Shown piece by piece: positions 7,573 through 17,518 of a DNA stretch of 34,558 nt. Made by a program: the position numbers and the translations under genes. The notes below the pieces were generated by a model that did no database searches, was not told where the DNA came from, and was given only the letters and a program-made list of their open reading frames with translations. The stretch comes from an uncultured Eubacteriales bacterium (GTDB lineage Bacteria; Bacillota; Clostridia; TANB77; CAG-508), in assembly GCA_963513115.1 (NCBI GenBank), contig CAUPPN010000001.1, positions 1 through 34,558 on the forward strand, written 5' to 3'. Within the stretch, counting starts at the first letter, position 1. The number at the start of each line of letters is the position of its first letter.

Positions 7573-10335
7573 TTGAGTAGTTATAATGATAAAGAAGAAA
7601 GAGATAGAAGAAGAAAAGAAAGGCAAGAAAGAATAGCAAAAAGAGCCGAAAAAATACAAAAATATCAAGAAGGAGTTACGAACACTGTATACAATAGTAA
7701 TCGTGATTATTCTGACATGCATGTAAATCCATTAAGAACCAATGAGGCAGATTATAATTATTTAAATGGTAATGGACAATATTCAAATGAAAGTGTAAAG
7801 GATCTTGAAATGAGTAAGAAAAGATATAATAGATCTAGAGTAAATGAGAAAAAAAATAAAAATAAACAAAATAATAAAAAAACAAATAACAAAAATAATA
7901 ATGGTAAAAAGAAAAAAGGAAAATTAAGAAAGTTTATAGATATTATTCTTATATTAATAATACTTGTTATAGCTATGATAGCATATGTTTTCTTTTCAGT
8001 AGGTAAAGAATATAGGGTATCTAATGAAGACTTATTACTTAAAAATCAAAATACAGAAGTTTTTGATAGTGAAGGAACACAGATTGCAACATTGTCACTT
8101 GATGAAAAAAGAAAAGTAATGAAACTTTCAGAAATGTCTGAGTTTATACCAAATGCGTTTATAGCAATAGAGGATCAAAGATTCTATAATCATAGAGGAA
8201 TAGATCCTAAAAGAACAGTGGGTGCTGTAGTAAACTATGTAATAAAAAGAGGATCATCATCATATGGTGGTAGTACAATAACACAACAGTTAGTTAAAAA
8301 TATGACAAAAGATGATGAAAGAAATTGGAAAAGAAAAGTAAGAGAAATGGTAAGAGCAAGACAAATTGAAGACTTACTATCTAAAGATGAGATAATGGAA
8401 CTATATCTAAATCTAATATATGTTGGAGGAAATAATATTCATGGTATAGCACTTGGATCTGATTATTATTTCTCAAAAAATCCTAAAGATATATCATTAG
8501 AAGAAGCTGCATATATGGCAGGTATAAACCATATACCAGCAAATTACAATCCATTCATTTCAAAAAAGGATGATGAAAGTGAAGAAGAATTCAACAAAAG
8601 AAAAGAAGTAGTAGATACAAGAATCAAAACAAGAGTTAAAACTGTTCTTGGAAAAATGTTGGAATTAGGTAAAATAACAAAAGAACAACATGACGAAGCT
8701 GTAGCTAAAACAGAAAAAGGATTAGAATTTAAACAAGGAAGTTTAGCACAAAGTACTGTTAAATATTCATATATAGTAGATGCTGCAATTCAAGAATCAA
8801 TAGATGCATTAGTTGATGTAAAAAATATGTCACCAGATGTTGCAGAAAAGAAAATATATTCAGGTGGATATAAGATATATACAACACAAAAAACTGACTT
8901 ACAAAATATAGCAGAAGAAGAAATGAAAAAAGATAGATATATTAAAAAATCTAGAAAAAATAAAGATAAACATTCTCAAGCTGCAGCAATATTTGTAGAT
9001 AACGAAACAGGAGCTGTTGTATCTGCAGTAGGTGGATTAGGCGAAGAAGGCGTTAAAATAACTAGAGGGGACTGGAATAGAGTAACTAGAACAAAAAGAC
9101 AAATGGGATCTTCTATGAAACCAATAGGAGTAGTATGCCCAGGATTAGAAGCAGGAAAGCTAACAGCTGCATCTACATTTAATGATGCACCACTTAAGAT
9201 AGGTGGTTGGAATCCAAAAAATTATACTAGAAGATTTAAAGGTTGGATGACAATAAGAGAAGCAATAAAATTATCACAGAATATACCAAACGTAAAAGCA
9301 CTTCAACAAATTGGAATAGAAACATCATATAATTATTTAAAATCAGTAGATATGCCAGTTGTAGAACAAGATAAGACTTTAGGAGCATTAGCACTTGGTG
9401 GACTTACACAAGGTGCAACAGTTACAAATGCAGTAGGAGCATATCAAGCAATAGCAAATAATGGTGAATATATAAAACCACATTTTATATCTAAATTAGA
9501 AAATCAAAAAGGCGAAGAAATATACAAACCTAATATAGAAGCAAAAAGAGTACTTTCAAAACAAAATGCATTCATTGCACAAGATATATTACAAACAGTA
9601 GTAAGACCTGGAGGAACGGCACCATATTGTAGTATAAGTGGAGTAGATGTAGGAGCAAAGACAGGAACTTCAAATGATGATGTAGATAGATGGTTATGCG
9701 GATTCTCACCAAAATATACTGGTGCAGTATGGTATGGTTTTGATGAGGCAGAAACAGTATATTTCTCTGGTAACCCTGCAGGACAAATATTCTCTGCAAT
9801 ACTTAAAAAATACCATAAAGATAATAATAATTTGAGATTTGAAAAACCAGATGGAATAGTAGAAGTAAATGTATGTAATGTATCAGGTAAACTTCCTACA
9901 GGATCATGTTCAAGTGATGCAAGAGGAAGCAGAGTATACAAAGAATACTTTGTAAAAGGTACAGAACCTACAGAGAAATGTGATAAACACGTAACAGCAG
10001 AAATATGTACAATAGACGGACTACTTGCAACAGATGATACACTTCCTGAAAATAGAGCAACTAGAGGATTTATTGATCAACCAGAAGGCGGAACAGAAGA
10101 TTCTGCATATAGGAAACCAACTGCATATTCAAATGCACCTGGTAAGAAAGCAAAAGAGGAAGCAGAGGCCAAAGCTAAAGCAGAGGCAGAAGCTAAAGCA
10201 AGAGAAGAAGAGGAAAAGAAGAAAAGAGAACAACAAGAACAAGAAGGCAATAATAAAAAACCAGAAGAAAATAAGAAGCCTGGAACAGGTGATGGTGGAA
10301 AGCCACCAGAAAATCCTAAAAAACCTGAAAATTAA
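7573..10335 (+). CDS. Class A penicillin-binding protein (bifunctional GT51 glycosyltransferase / transpeptidase)
   Basis: TTG start with an AGAGGAG RBS. GT51 motifs EDQRFYNHRGID, GGSTITQQ and RKVREM. Transpeptidase motifs SSMKP (SxxK), SQN (SxN) and KTGTS (KTG). One TM at about aa 125-150. K/N-rich cytoplasmic head and A/E/K/P-rich C-terminal tail. Confidence 0.93.
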   Translation: MSSYNDKEERDRRRKERQERIAKRAEKIQKYQEGVTNTVYNSNRDYSDMHVNPLRTNEADYNYLNGNGQYSNESVKDLEMSKKRYNRSRVNEKKNKNKQNNKKTNNKNNNGKKKKGKLRKFIDIILILIILVIAMIAYVFFSVGKEYRVSNEDLLLKNQNTEVFDSEGTQIATLSLDEKRKVMKLSEMSEFIPNAFIAIEDQRFYNHRGIDPKRTVGAVVNYVIKRGSSSYGGSTITQQLVKNMTKDDERNWKRKVREMVRARQIEDLLSKDEIMELYLNLIYVGGNNIHGIALGSDYYFSKNPKDISLEEAAYMAGINHIPANYNPFISKKDDESEEEFNKRKEVVDTRIKTRVKTVLGKMLELGKITKEQHDEAVAKTEKGLEFKQGSLAQSTVKYSYIVDAAIQESIDALVDVKNMSPDVAEKKIYSGGYKIYTTQKTDLQNIAEEEMKKDRYIKKSRKNKDKHSQAAAIFVDNETGAVVSAVGGLGEEGVKITRGDWNRVTRTKRQMGSSMKPIGVVCPGLEAGKLTAASTFNDAPLKIGGWNPKNYTRRFKGWMTIREAIKLSQNIPNVKALQQIGIETSYNYLKSVDMPVVEQDKTLGALALGGLTQGATVTNAVGAYQAIANNGEYIKPHFISKLENQKGEEIYKPNIEAKRVLSKQNAFIAQDILQTVVRPGGTAPYCSISGVDVGAKTGTSNDDVDRWLCGFSPKYTGAVWYGFDEAETVYFSGNPAGQIFSAILKKYHKDNNNLRFEKPDGIVEVNVCNVSGKLPTGSCSSDARGSRVYKEYFVKGTEPTEKCDKHVTAEICTIDGLLATDDTLPENRATRGFIDQPEGGTEDSAYRKPTAYSNAPGKKAKEEAEAKAKAEAEAKAREEEEKKKREQQEQEGNNKKPEENKKPGTGDGGKPPENPKKPEN
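10162..10197 (+). repeat. Tandem 18-bp coding repeat (AEAKAK x2) in the PBP C-terminal tail
   Basis: GCAGAGGCCAAAGCTAAA at 10162-10179 is followed by GCAGAGGCAGAAGCTAAA at 10180-10197 (16/18 identical). Confidence 0.8.
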
Positions 10336-10366
10336 ATATATAAAAAGATGATATTGGAGGAAATAG

Positions 10367-11839
10367 ATGGAAGAAAAAAAGGACATTTACATATATAATA
10401 CATATGGAAAAGAAAAACAGAAATTAGAAACAATAAAAAGCGGAATATGTAGTATATATAGTTGTGGACCTACAGTATATGACTATGCTCATATAGGAAA
10501 TTTCAGATATTTCCTTTTTGTTGATCTTTTAAGAAGAACATTAAAACAAGATGGATATATTCTAAATCATGTTATGAATATAACAGATGTAGGGCATTTA
10601 GTATCAGATAGTGATTATGGTGAAGATAAGATGTTAAAAGCTGCAAGAAGAGAAAAAAAATCACCATTTGAAATCGCAAGATATTATGAAAAAGCATTTT
10701 TAGAAGATATGGAAAAGCTTAATATATCAAAGCCTGAAAAGATAGTTAGGGCTACAGATAATATTAAGATAATGGAAGAATATGTTAAAAAAATTATAGA
10801 AAATGGATATGCATATGAAACAGAAGATACAGTATATTTTGATACATCAAAGTTAGATAAATATGGTGTACTTTCAGCTCATAATAATGAACAAATGGCA
10901 GGAGCAAGAATAGAATTTGATAAAGAAAAAAGAAATGAAACAGATTTTGCAATTTGGATTAAGGCACCTGAAAATCATATTATGAAATGGGATTCCTTTT
11001 TTGGAAAATCATATCCTGGATGGCATATTGAATGTAGTGCAATGTCTGAAGAATATTTAGGCAATCACTTTGACATTCATACAGGCGGTGAAGATCATAT
11101 TCATATACACCATGAAAATGAAATAGCTCAAAGCAAAGGACATTCAAATACAAATAGTTTACCTGCAAAATATTGGATGCATTCAGGATTTTTAAGAATA
11201 GACGGCGGAAAGATGAGCAAAAGCCTTCAAAATACATATACAATATCTGATTTAGAAAAAAGAGGATTTAACGCATTAGATTTTAAGTATTTTACATTTT
11301 CTTCAAGTTACAGGATTGCACTAAATTTTACGTTTGATGCACTTAAAGCGAGTAAGGATTCATTATTTAATTTAAGAAAAATATATTTTGAATCTAAAAA
11401 AACAACAGAAAAGAAACAAGAAGAAATATTAAACTCTGAAAAGATAAAATTAACTAAGGAAGTAGTTTCTGAAAAAATAGAAGAGTTTTATAATGCAATA
11501 TATGATGATTTAAATGTAACAAAAGGACTAGGAATTGTATGGCAAGTAGCAAAATATTCACCAGATAATATGATATGTGAATTTTTAGATGAAGTAGATA
11601 AGATACTAGGACTTAAACTTTCAGATGAAAAAATATATAATAATTCATTAAAAGAATATAATGAAAAAATAGAAATATCTGATCTTCCAGAAAATATACA
11701 AGAAATAATAGCTAGAAGAAAAAAAGCAAGAAAAGAAAAAGACTATGAATTGTCTGATAAGTTAAGAGATGAGTTAAATAGTTTGGGATATATAGTAATA
11801 GACGAAAAAGATGAAATGAGGATAGAAAAAAATGGATAA
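10367..11839 (+). CDS. cysS: Cysteine--tRNA ligase
   Basis: GGAGG RBS. Class I motifs HIGN (CGPTVYDYAHIGN) and KMSKS. Zn/Cys-site context HIECSAM and HTGGEDHIHIHHENE. Confidence 0.95.
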   Translation: MEEKKDIYIYNTYGKEKQKLETIKSGICSIYSCGPTVYDYAHIGNFRYFLFVDLLRRTLKQDGYILNHVMNITDVGHLVSDSDYGEDKMLKAARREKKSPFEIARYYEKAFLEDMEKLNISKPEKIVRATDNIKIMEEYVKKIIENGYAYETEDTVYFDTSKLDKYGVLSAHNNEQMAGARIEFDKEKRNETDFAIWIKAPENHIMKWDSFFGKSYPGWHIECSAMSEEYLGNHFDIHTGGEDHIHIHHENEIAQSKGHSNTNSLPAKYWMHSGFLRIDGGKMSKSLQNTYTISDLEKRGFNALDFKYFTFSSSYRIALNFTFDALKASKDSLFNLRKIYFESKKTTEKKQEEILNSEKIKLTKEVVSEKIEEFYNAIYDDLNVTKGLGIVWQVAKYSPDNMICEFLDEVDKILGLKLSDEKIYNNSLKEYNEKIEISDLPENIQEIIARRKKARKEKDYELSDKLRDELNSLGYIVIDEKDEMRIEKNG

Positions 11840-12938
11840 TACAAATGATTTAAGCAAAAAAATACCAGAAGGAATAGACGAAAGTTTAGCAAAAGAATAT
11901 AAAGAGTTTTTACTTGAAACAAAAAAATGTAATTTTCAACAATCAATAGAATGGTCTAATTTAAAAGAATTTTGGAAAAAAAGATTAGTTGTATCAAGAA
12001 ATGAAGAAGGTAAAATTGTAGGAGGAGTGCTTCTTTGGATAAGAAGTATAAAACTTGTAGGAACTATAATATATGTAGCAAGAGGGCCTGTATGTGATAG
12101 TCACGATAGAAAAGTATTAGAAGACTTAACAAAGCAAATGGAGCAAATTGCTAAAGAAGAAAATGCAATGGCAATACTTATGGAACCTGATATATTAGAT
12201 GAAGATACAGAATTTAAAAAGATTGCAAAAGACTTAGGATATAAAATAGACGATAATTCGAAAAGTTTTAAAGACCAAATTAATCCAAGATTTGTATTTA
12301 GATTAAATTTAGAAGGAAAAACAGAAGAACAATTGCTTAAAGAATTTCAACAAAAGACAAGATATAATGTTAGATATGCGAAGAGAAAAGGTGTTGAAAT
12401 ATATGAAGGTACAAAAGACGATTTAAAAGATTTTCAAAGAATAATGGAAGAAACTGGAAAAAGAGATGATTTTGGAATTAGAAACCTAGAATACTTTGAG
12501 AAAATGCATGACTATATGGGAAAAGAACATTTTAAATTACTTATGGCAAAACATGAAGAAGATGTAATTGCAGGAATAATACTAATAACATATGGTAACA
12601 AAGTATGGTACCTATATGGTGCAAGTTCTAATACAAAAAGAAATTTAATGCCAAATTATCTATTACAATGGAATGGTATTAAATATGCTAAAGAATACGG
12701 AGCAGATATATATGACTTTAGAGGTGTACCAGGAGTAATAGAAGGAGAAAAAGATCATCCACAATACGGATTATATAGGTTTAAAAAAGGATTTAATGCA
12801 GACTTTACTGAGTTTGTAGGACAAGTATATATGCCAATTAAACCTTTAACATACAAATTCTTTATGTGGGGACAAAAAACAAATAGGAAATATGGTGGAG
12901 CGTTAGGAAAGATACTTGGTATATTTAAAAGAAAATAA
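11832..12938 (+). CDS. FemAB-family (FemX/MurM-like) aminoacyl-tRNA-dependent peptidoglycan branch transferase
   Basis: Overlaps the cysS stop by 8 nt. Carries the family-typical segments NFQQSIEWSNLKEFW, VWYLYGASS and NYLLQWNGIKYAKEYGADIYDFRGV. Confidence 0.8.
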   Translation: MDNTNDLSKKIPEGIDESLAKEYKEFLLETKKCNFQQSIEWSNLKEFWKKRLVVSRNEEGKIVGGVLLWIRSIKLVGTIIYVARGPVCDSHDRKVLEDLTKQMEQIAKEENAMAILMEPDILDEDTEFKKIAKDLGYKIDDNSKSFKDQINPRFVFRLNLEGKTEEQLLKEFQQKTRYNVRYAKRKGVEIYEGTKDDLKDFQRIMEETGKRDDFGIRNLEYFEKMHDYMGKEHFKLLMAKHEEDVIAGIILITYGNKVWYLYGASSNTKRNLMPNYLLQWNGIKYAKEYGADIYDFRGVPGVIEGEKDHPQYGLYRFKKGFNADFTEFVGQVYMPIKPLTYKFFMWGQKTNRKYGGALGKILGIFKRK

Positions 12939-13026
12939 TATAAAATGTTTTAAATATATGTATAGATATAATTAAAAATACAAATACAAATACAAATATA
13001 AAAAAATAAATAGAAAGATTTAATAT

Positions 13027-13956
13027 ATGGAAAATAATAAGAACAACAGTAACAATAACAGTGAAGATAATATAGGAAATATTGGAAATATTATAACAGA
13101 AAAAGTAAAAGATGAAGTTACAAATGTTGCATTAAAAAAAGGATCTACATTTTTTGATAAGTTCAAACGTAGTATATATGATATTAAAAATTCAAACGAT
13201 ATAATAACAGAAACAGATAATGGCCATAAAAAATATATGGCAATAATATTAATTGTCTTATCTTTAATTTTATCAGCCTTATTATATAATTTTGGAAATA
13301 AAAATAGTGAAGTAGAATTAATAGCAAATGAAAAAATATTTGAAAAATTACAAAATACCGAAAGTGGATTTTCATATGATAATGATAAAAGAACTGAACA
13401 TGTTATAGAAAAAAATAAGACTGCTGTTATATTTGACACAAGACAAATAGAACTTTCTAAAATAATAGAAGAAAATGAAAATGCATTAAAAGATCCTAAT
13501 ACAAAATATGATAAAATAACTCTTTTAACTAAAGAAAATGTAATTATATTTGTAAAAAATACAAAACCTATAACATATGATTTTGATTCGAAAGAATCAA
13601 GAGAAGCCTTAATGCAAGTAATTAAACTTTCTAAAAATGGCTTTTTAATATTTTTAATAATTACATTAGTTAGCTTTATACAAATATATATAATATATAT
13701 ATTAATATTTAAAACAATTGGGAAACTTACTGTAAGTATATTTTCCGGGTTAACTAAATATGATATAACTAAAGAAGAAGCAAATAAGATAGCAACATAT
13801 AGTGCAACAGTACCAACAATACTATTTGTAGTATTTAATATACTTAAGAAATTTATTAAAATTGATATGAGTATTTTATTAGTTTTATTAATATTAATAT
13901 ATTGCATATATGTTATACAAATGATGACAGGATTAAAGCAGAAAGGAAAAAAATAG
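13027..13956 (+). CDS. Membrane protein of unknown function (N-terminal soluble part and C-terminal TM segments); possibly DUF1189-like
   Basis: ORF with K/E/N-rich coding bias on the same strand as its neighbours. TM segments at about aa 70-90 and in the C-terminal third. The FFDKFKRSIYDIKNSNDI segment resembles DUF1189 N-termini (from memory only). Weak RBS. Confidence 0.5.
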   Translation: MENNKNNSNNNSEDNIGNIGNIITEKVKDEVTNVALKKGSTFFDKFKRSIYDIKNSNDIITETDNGHKKYMAIILIVLSLILSALLYNFGNKNSEVELIANEKIFEKLQNTESGFSYDNDKRTEHVIEKNKTAVIFDTRQIELSKIIEENENALKDPNTKYDKITLLTKENVIIFVKNTKPITYDFDSKESREALMQVIKLSKNGFLIFLIITLVSFIQIYIIYILIFKTIGKLTVSIFSGLTKYDITKEEANKIATYSATVPTILFVVFNILKKFIKIDMSILLVLLILIYCIYVIQMMTGLKQKGKK

Positions 13957-13959
13957 CAA

Positions 13960-16020
13960 ATGAATAAGCAAAAAAAAGGAAATGACAACAAACAAAAAAA
14001 TAATGATAAAATAATGGCTATAATATCAGCTATTATTGCAGTTATTATACTATATACAATATATGGTTTATTATTTAAAAATAATGACGAAAACATACGT
14101 GAAAAGTTAGAAAAAGAATATACATATAGCCAATTTATGCAAGATTTAGAAGATGATAAGGTTTCTAAAATAGCTGGTATTGCAAATAGCAAGACAATGG
14201 ATATTGTTTTAAAAACAGAAGAGCAAATAGCAAAAGAAAATGAGATAAGAAAAGAACATGAAAATAATAAAGTAGAAACAAAAAAAGCGTTAGAAAAATA
14301 TAATATAGATCTTGAAGAAGCTAGAAGAAAAAAAGCAAAAGAAGAATTTTTAAATCCTTCTAATCTTTTTAAGAGTAAAGAAGAGAAAAAAGAACAAGAA
14401 AAAGAATATAAGAAAACAAATAAAAAACTATATATACCAACAATGGATGCATTTAGTAAGTTTGTAGGTGAAAAAATTACTGAAGGAAAAAATGTTATAT
14501 ATAATGTAGCTGATATACCACAAGCTGGTAAAATGATTAAATCAATAATTGGTTTAATACCAAGTATATTGATAATTGCTATGATGTATATGATATACAA
14601 AATGCAAGATATTGGAAGTAAGTCTAAACAATCTAGTGATGACTTAGCAAGAGATACAGATATTAAATTTGATGATGTTGCAGGATTGGATGAAGAAAAA
14701 GATCAATTGATGGAAATAGTAGACTTCTTAAAAGAACCAGAAAAGTATGAAAATATGGGAGCTAAAATACCTAGAGGAATATTACTATATGGTGATCCAG
14801 GAACAGGTAAAACACTTATTGCAAAAGCAATAGCAGGTGAAGCTGACGTACCATTTATATCAATGAGTGGATCAGAGTTTATTGAAATGTTTGCAGGATT
14901 AGGAGCACAAAGAGTAAGAAGACTATTTGAAAGAGCAAGAAAAATTGCACCTTGTATAATATTCATAGACGAAATTGATGCAATTGGAGCAAGAAGAGCA
15001 GCAAACTCTAATGAAAGTGAAAATAATCAGACATTAAATCAATTATTAGTTGAAATGGATGGATTCAATACTGGAGATAATGTAATTGTACTTGCAGCAA
15101 CAAACAGGCCAGAAATGCTAGATAAGGCGCTTTTAAGACCGGGTAGATTTGATAGACAAATAATAATTCCTACACCAGATAGTAAGGGAAGAGAAGAAAT
15201 ACTTAAAATACATGCTAAGAATAAGAAGTTTGCAAAAGATTTTTCTTTTGCAGAATTAGCAAAAGATACTGCAGGATTTTCTGGAGCAGAACTTGCAAAT
15301 TTATTAAATGAAGCTGCAATACTTGCAACTAAATCAAGAAATGAATATATTACAAAAGTGAATTTAGATGAGGCATATAGGAAGGTTGTAATAGGCCTTG
15401 AAAAACAAAATAGGGTAATATCAGAAAAAGAAAGAAGAATTACAGCATATCATGAATCAGGACATGCAATAGTAAGTTATATGCTTGAAACACAAGATGA
15501 TGTAAAAGAAGTTACAATAGTTCCTAGAGGAGTTGCAGGTGGATATACAATGTATAAGCAACAAGAAGATAAGCAATATATAACTCAAAGAGAACTTGAA
15601 GAACAAATGATATCACTTTTAGGTGGAAGGGCTGCAGAATATATAATATTTACTGATGTAACTACAGGAGCAAGTAACGATTTAGAAAGAGCATCACAAA
15701 TTGCAAGAGCGATGATAGTTACATATGGTATGAGTAAAACATTAGGACCTGTTTCACTTAAGGTAGAAGAACCATACGAGCTTAACTATTATGGAGAAGA
15801 AATATTTAAAAATATTGGAAATGAAGTAAGAAAAAGAGTAGAAGATGCATATGATGTTGCAAGGAAGATATTAACAGATAATATTGAAAGGTTACATTAT
15901 TTAGCAGAGGAGTTATTAGAAAAAGAAAGAATAGATGAACATGAATTTGAAAGAATTATGAATACAGATATTAACAAATTGGATAATAACTATGATAATG
16001 AAAATGATAATAAAAACTAA
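13960..16020 (+). CDS. ftsH: ATP-dependent zinc metalloprotease FtsH
   Basis: Two N-terminal TM segments. Walker A GDPGTGKT, Walker B IIFIDEIDA, second region of homology ATNRPEMLDKALLRPGRFDR, and zinc site HESGH. Confidence 0.95.
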   Translation: MNKQKKGNDNKQKNNDKIMAIISAIIAVIILYTIYGLLFKNNDENIREKLEKEYTYSQFMQDLEDDKVSKIAGIANSKTMDIVLKTEEQIAKENEIRKEHENNKVETKKALEKYNIDLEEARRKKAKEEFLNPSNLFKSKEEKKEQEKEYKKTNKKLYIPTMDAFSKFVGEKITEGKNVIYNVADIPQAGKMIKSIIGLIPSILIIAMMYMIYKMQDIGSKSKQSSDDLARDTDIKFDDVAGLDEEKDQLMEIVDFLKEPEKYENMGAKIPRGILLYGDPGTGKTLIAKAIAGEADVPFISMSGSEFIEMFAGLGAQRVRRLFERARKIAPCIIFIDEIDAIGARRAANSNESENNQTLNQLLVEMDGFNTGDNVIVLAATNRPEMLDKALLRPGRFDRQIIIPTPDSKGREEILKIHAKNKKFAKDFSFAELAKDTAGFSGAELANLLNEAAILATKSRNEYITKVNLDEAYRKVVIGLEKQNRVISEKERRITAYHESGHAIVSYMLETQDDVKEVTIVPRGVAGGYTMYKQQEDKQYITQRELEEQMISLLGGRAAEYIIFTDVTTGASNDLERASQIARAMIVTYGMSKTLGPVSLKVEEPYELNYYGEEIFKNIGNEVRKRVEDAYDVARKILTDNIERLHYLAEELLEKERIDEHEFERIMNTDINKLDNNYDNENDNKN

Positions 16021-16087
16021 AAACTAAAAACTAATTAAGAAAACAAAATTAAAATAATAACAATACTTAGATACTAAGGAGGAAAGC

Positions 16088-16387
16088 ATGTTTGATCAAT
16101 TAGGAGAAAAATTAAATAATATTGATGCTAAGTCACTTGCTAAAATAATGTTAACTGTAGGTATAATTGGTATAATAGTTATTTCAATTTTGATTGTTAG
16201 AATAGTTAAGGTTTCAGAAAAACAAAAAGAAGAAATAAGAAAAAATAGGAATAATTCTGCACCTGTATCAGAACAAATGGATAAATTAAAAAATGAAATA
16301 ATTAAAAGTCAAGAAAAGAATAATGGTACTACTTTAAACCAAGAATATAATGATATTATATTTCAACCAAAGAAATTAAATGATTAA
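16088..16387 (+). CDS. Small single-pass membrane protein, function unknown
   Basis: Strong AAGGAGG RBS. TM segment IMLTVGIIGIIVISILIV followed by a K/E/N-rich tail. Confidence 0.55.
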   Translation: MFDQLGEKLNNIDAKSLAKIMLTVGIIGIIVISILIVRIVKVSEKQKEEIRKNRNNSAPVSEQMDKLKNEIIKSQEKNNGTTLNQEYNDIIFQPKKLND

Positions 16388-16405
16388 TATTCAAGAGAGA
16401 AAATA

Positions 16406-16996
16406 ATGAAAAAAAAAATAATAGATAATGCAGAAATAAAAAAAGAAAGTAATAATATATATAGAGAAAATAATATAAATAGTAATATAGAAAATAAAAA
16501 GAAGAATAAAAATAAAAAAATAATATATATATCTAGTATGGGTGGTCACTTAAAAGAATTATTAATGCTTGAAAAACTTTTTGATAAATATGATACAACA
16601 ATAATTACAGAAAAAACTGATGCAACTAAAAATCTAAAAGAAGATATTTTAAAAAAGCATAAAAATACTAAAACATATTATTTAGAATATGGTACAAAGC
16701 ATAATATATTTCCATACATTGGTATATTTTTAAAAAATATATTTCTTTCATTTAAATATTTTAAAAAAGTAATGCCAGATATAGTAATAACAACAGGAAC
16801 ACATACAGCTGTTCCTATGTGTTTTATTGCAAAAATTTTTAATAAAAAGGTTATATATATTGAAACATTTGCAAGTGTAACAGGCGGAAGCTTAGCAGGT
16901 AAAATAGTATATCCAATAGCAGATGAGTTTATTGTACAATGGAAAGAAATGCTTAAAAAATATCCAAATGCTAAATACTTAGGAGGTATATTTTAG
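16406..16996 (+). CDS. Alg14-like (PssD/Cps14F-type) glycosyltransferase subunit
   Basis: IIYISSMGGHLKELL glycine-loop region and ...TTGTHTAVPMCFIAK... are typical of Alg14-like proteins. Overlaps the start of its Alg13-like partner by 1 nt (TAGTG). Confidence 0.7.
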   Translation: MKKKIIDNAEIKKESNNIYRENNINSNIENKKKNKNKKIIYISSMGGHLKELLMLEKLFDKYDTTIITEKTDATKNLKEDILKKHKNTKTYYLEYGTKHNIFPYIGIFLKNIFLSFKYFKKVMPDIVITTGTHTAVPMCFIAKIFNKKVIYIETFASVTGGSLAGKIVYPIADEFIVQWKEMLKKYPNAKYLGGIF

Positions 16997-17499
16997 TGGT
17001 ATTTGTATCAATAGGAACACAAGATAAGGAATTTGATAGATTAATTGAATATATTAAAAGATTAAAAAAAGAAAATATATTAAAAGATAATTTGATTATA
17101 CAAAGTGGTATAACAAAAGTTGATTTTGATGACGAAAAAATGGATAATGAATATAATGTTGAATCATTTTCTTTTATTAATAGTGAAAAGATGAAAGAAT
17201 ATATATCAAAAGCAGATTATGTAATAATACATGGAGGAGTAGGAACAATTATACAATGTATAATGCAAAACAAAAAAACAATTGTAGTTCCAAGACTTAA
17301 AAAACATTTTGAACATGAAAATGATCATCAATTAGAAATCGCAAATAAGTTTAAAAAATTAAAACTAATTGAAGTTGCAAATGATTATGATGAATTAAAA
17401 AATATAATATTAAATATTGATAATATAGAATTTGAAAAATATATATCTACAAATGATGAATTTGTAGCAAAGCTAGATGAAATTATACAAGATATGTAA
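16996..17499 (+). CDS. Alg13-like (PssE/Cps14G-type, Glyco_tran_28_C) glycosyltransferase catalytic subunit
   Basis: GTG start overlapping the upstream stop. MVFVSIGTQDKEFDRL and IIHGGVGTI segments are typical of the MurG C-terminal-like domain. Confidence 0.75.
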   Translation: MVFVSIGTQDKEFDRLIEYIKRLKKENILKDNLIIQSGITKVDFDDEKMDNEYNVESFSFINSEKMKEYISKADYVIIHGGVGTIIQCIMQNKKTIVVPRLKKHFEHENDHQLEIANKFKKLKLIEVANDYDELKNIILNIDNIEFEKYISTNDEFVAKLDEIIQDM

Positions 17500-17518
17500 T
17501 TAAAGATAGGAGCATATA

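Noticed and set aside
10025-10351. A + strand alternative-frame ORF (108 aa, K/R/Q-rich) overlapping the PBP C-terminal tail
   Set aside because: It is produced by the repetitive GAA/AAG-rich tail sequence read in another frame. It has no RBS and lies entirely within the PBP gene.
10336-10366. A T-box or other leader upstream of cysS
   Set aside because: The gap after the PBP stop is only 31 nt and contains just the GGAGG RBS. There is no room for a T-box riboswitch of about 200 nt.
12981-12998. CAAATA x3 hexamer tandem repeat in the fem-downstream spacer
   Set aside because: It is very short and composed of the locally dominant A-rich sequence. I see nothing to distinguish it from compositional chance.
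13020-14600. A 526-aa ORF on the minus strand, the longest antisense ORF in the window
   Set aside because: It lies antisense to two well-supported + strand genes (the membrane protein and the motif-rich ftsH N-terminus). Its translation is I/F/L/S low-complexity sequence, as expected from the reverse complement of K/E/N-rich AT-rich codons, and it has no RBS. I treat it as an artefact.
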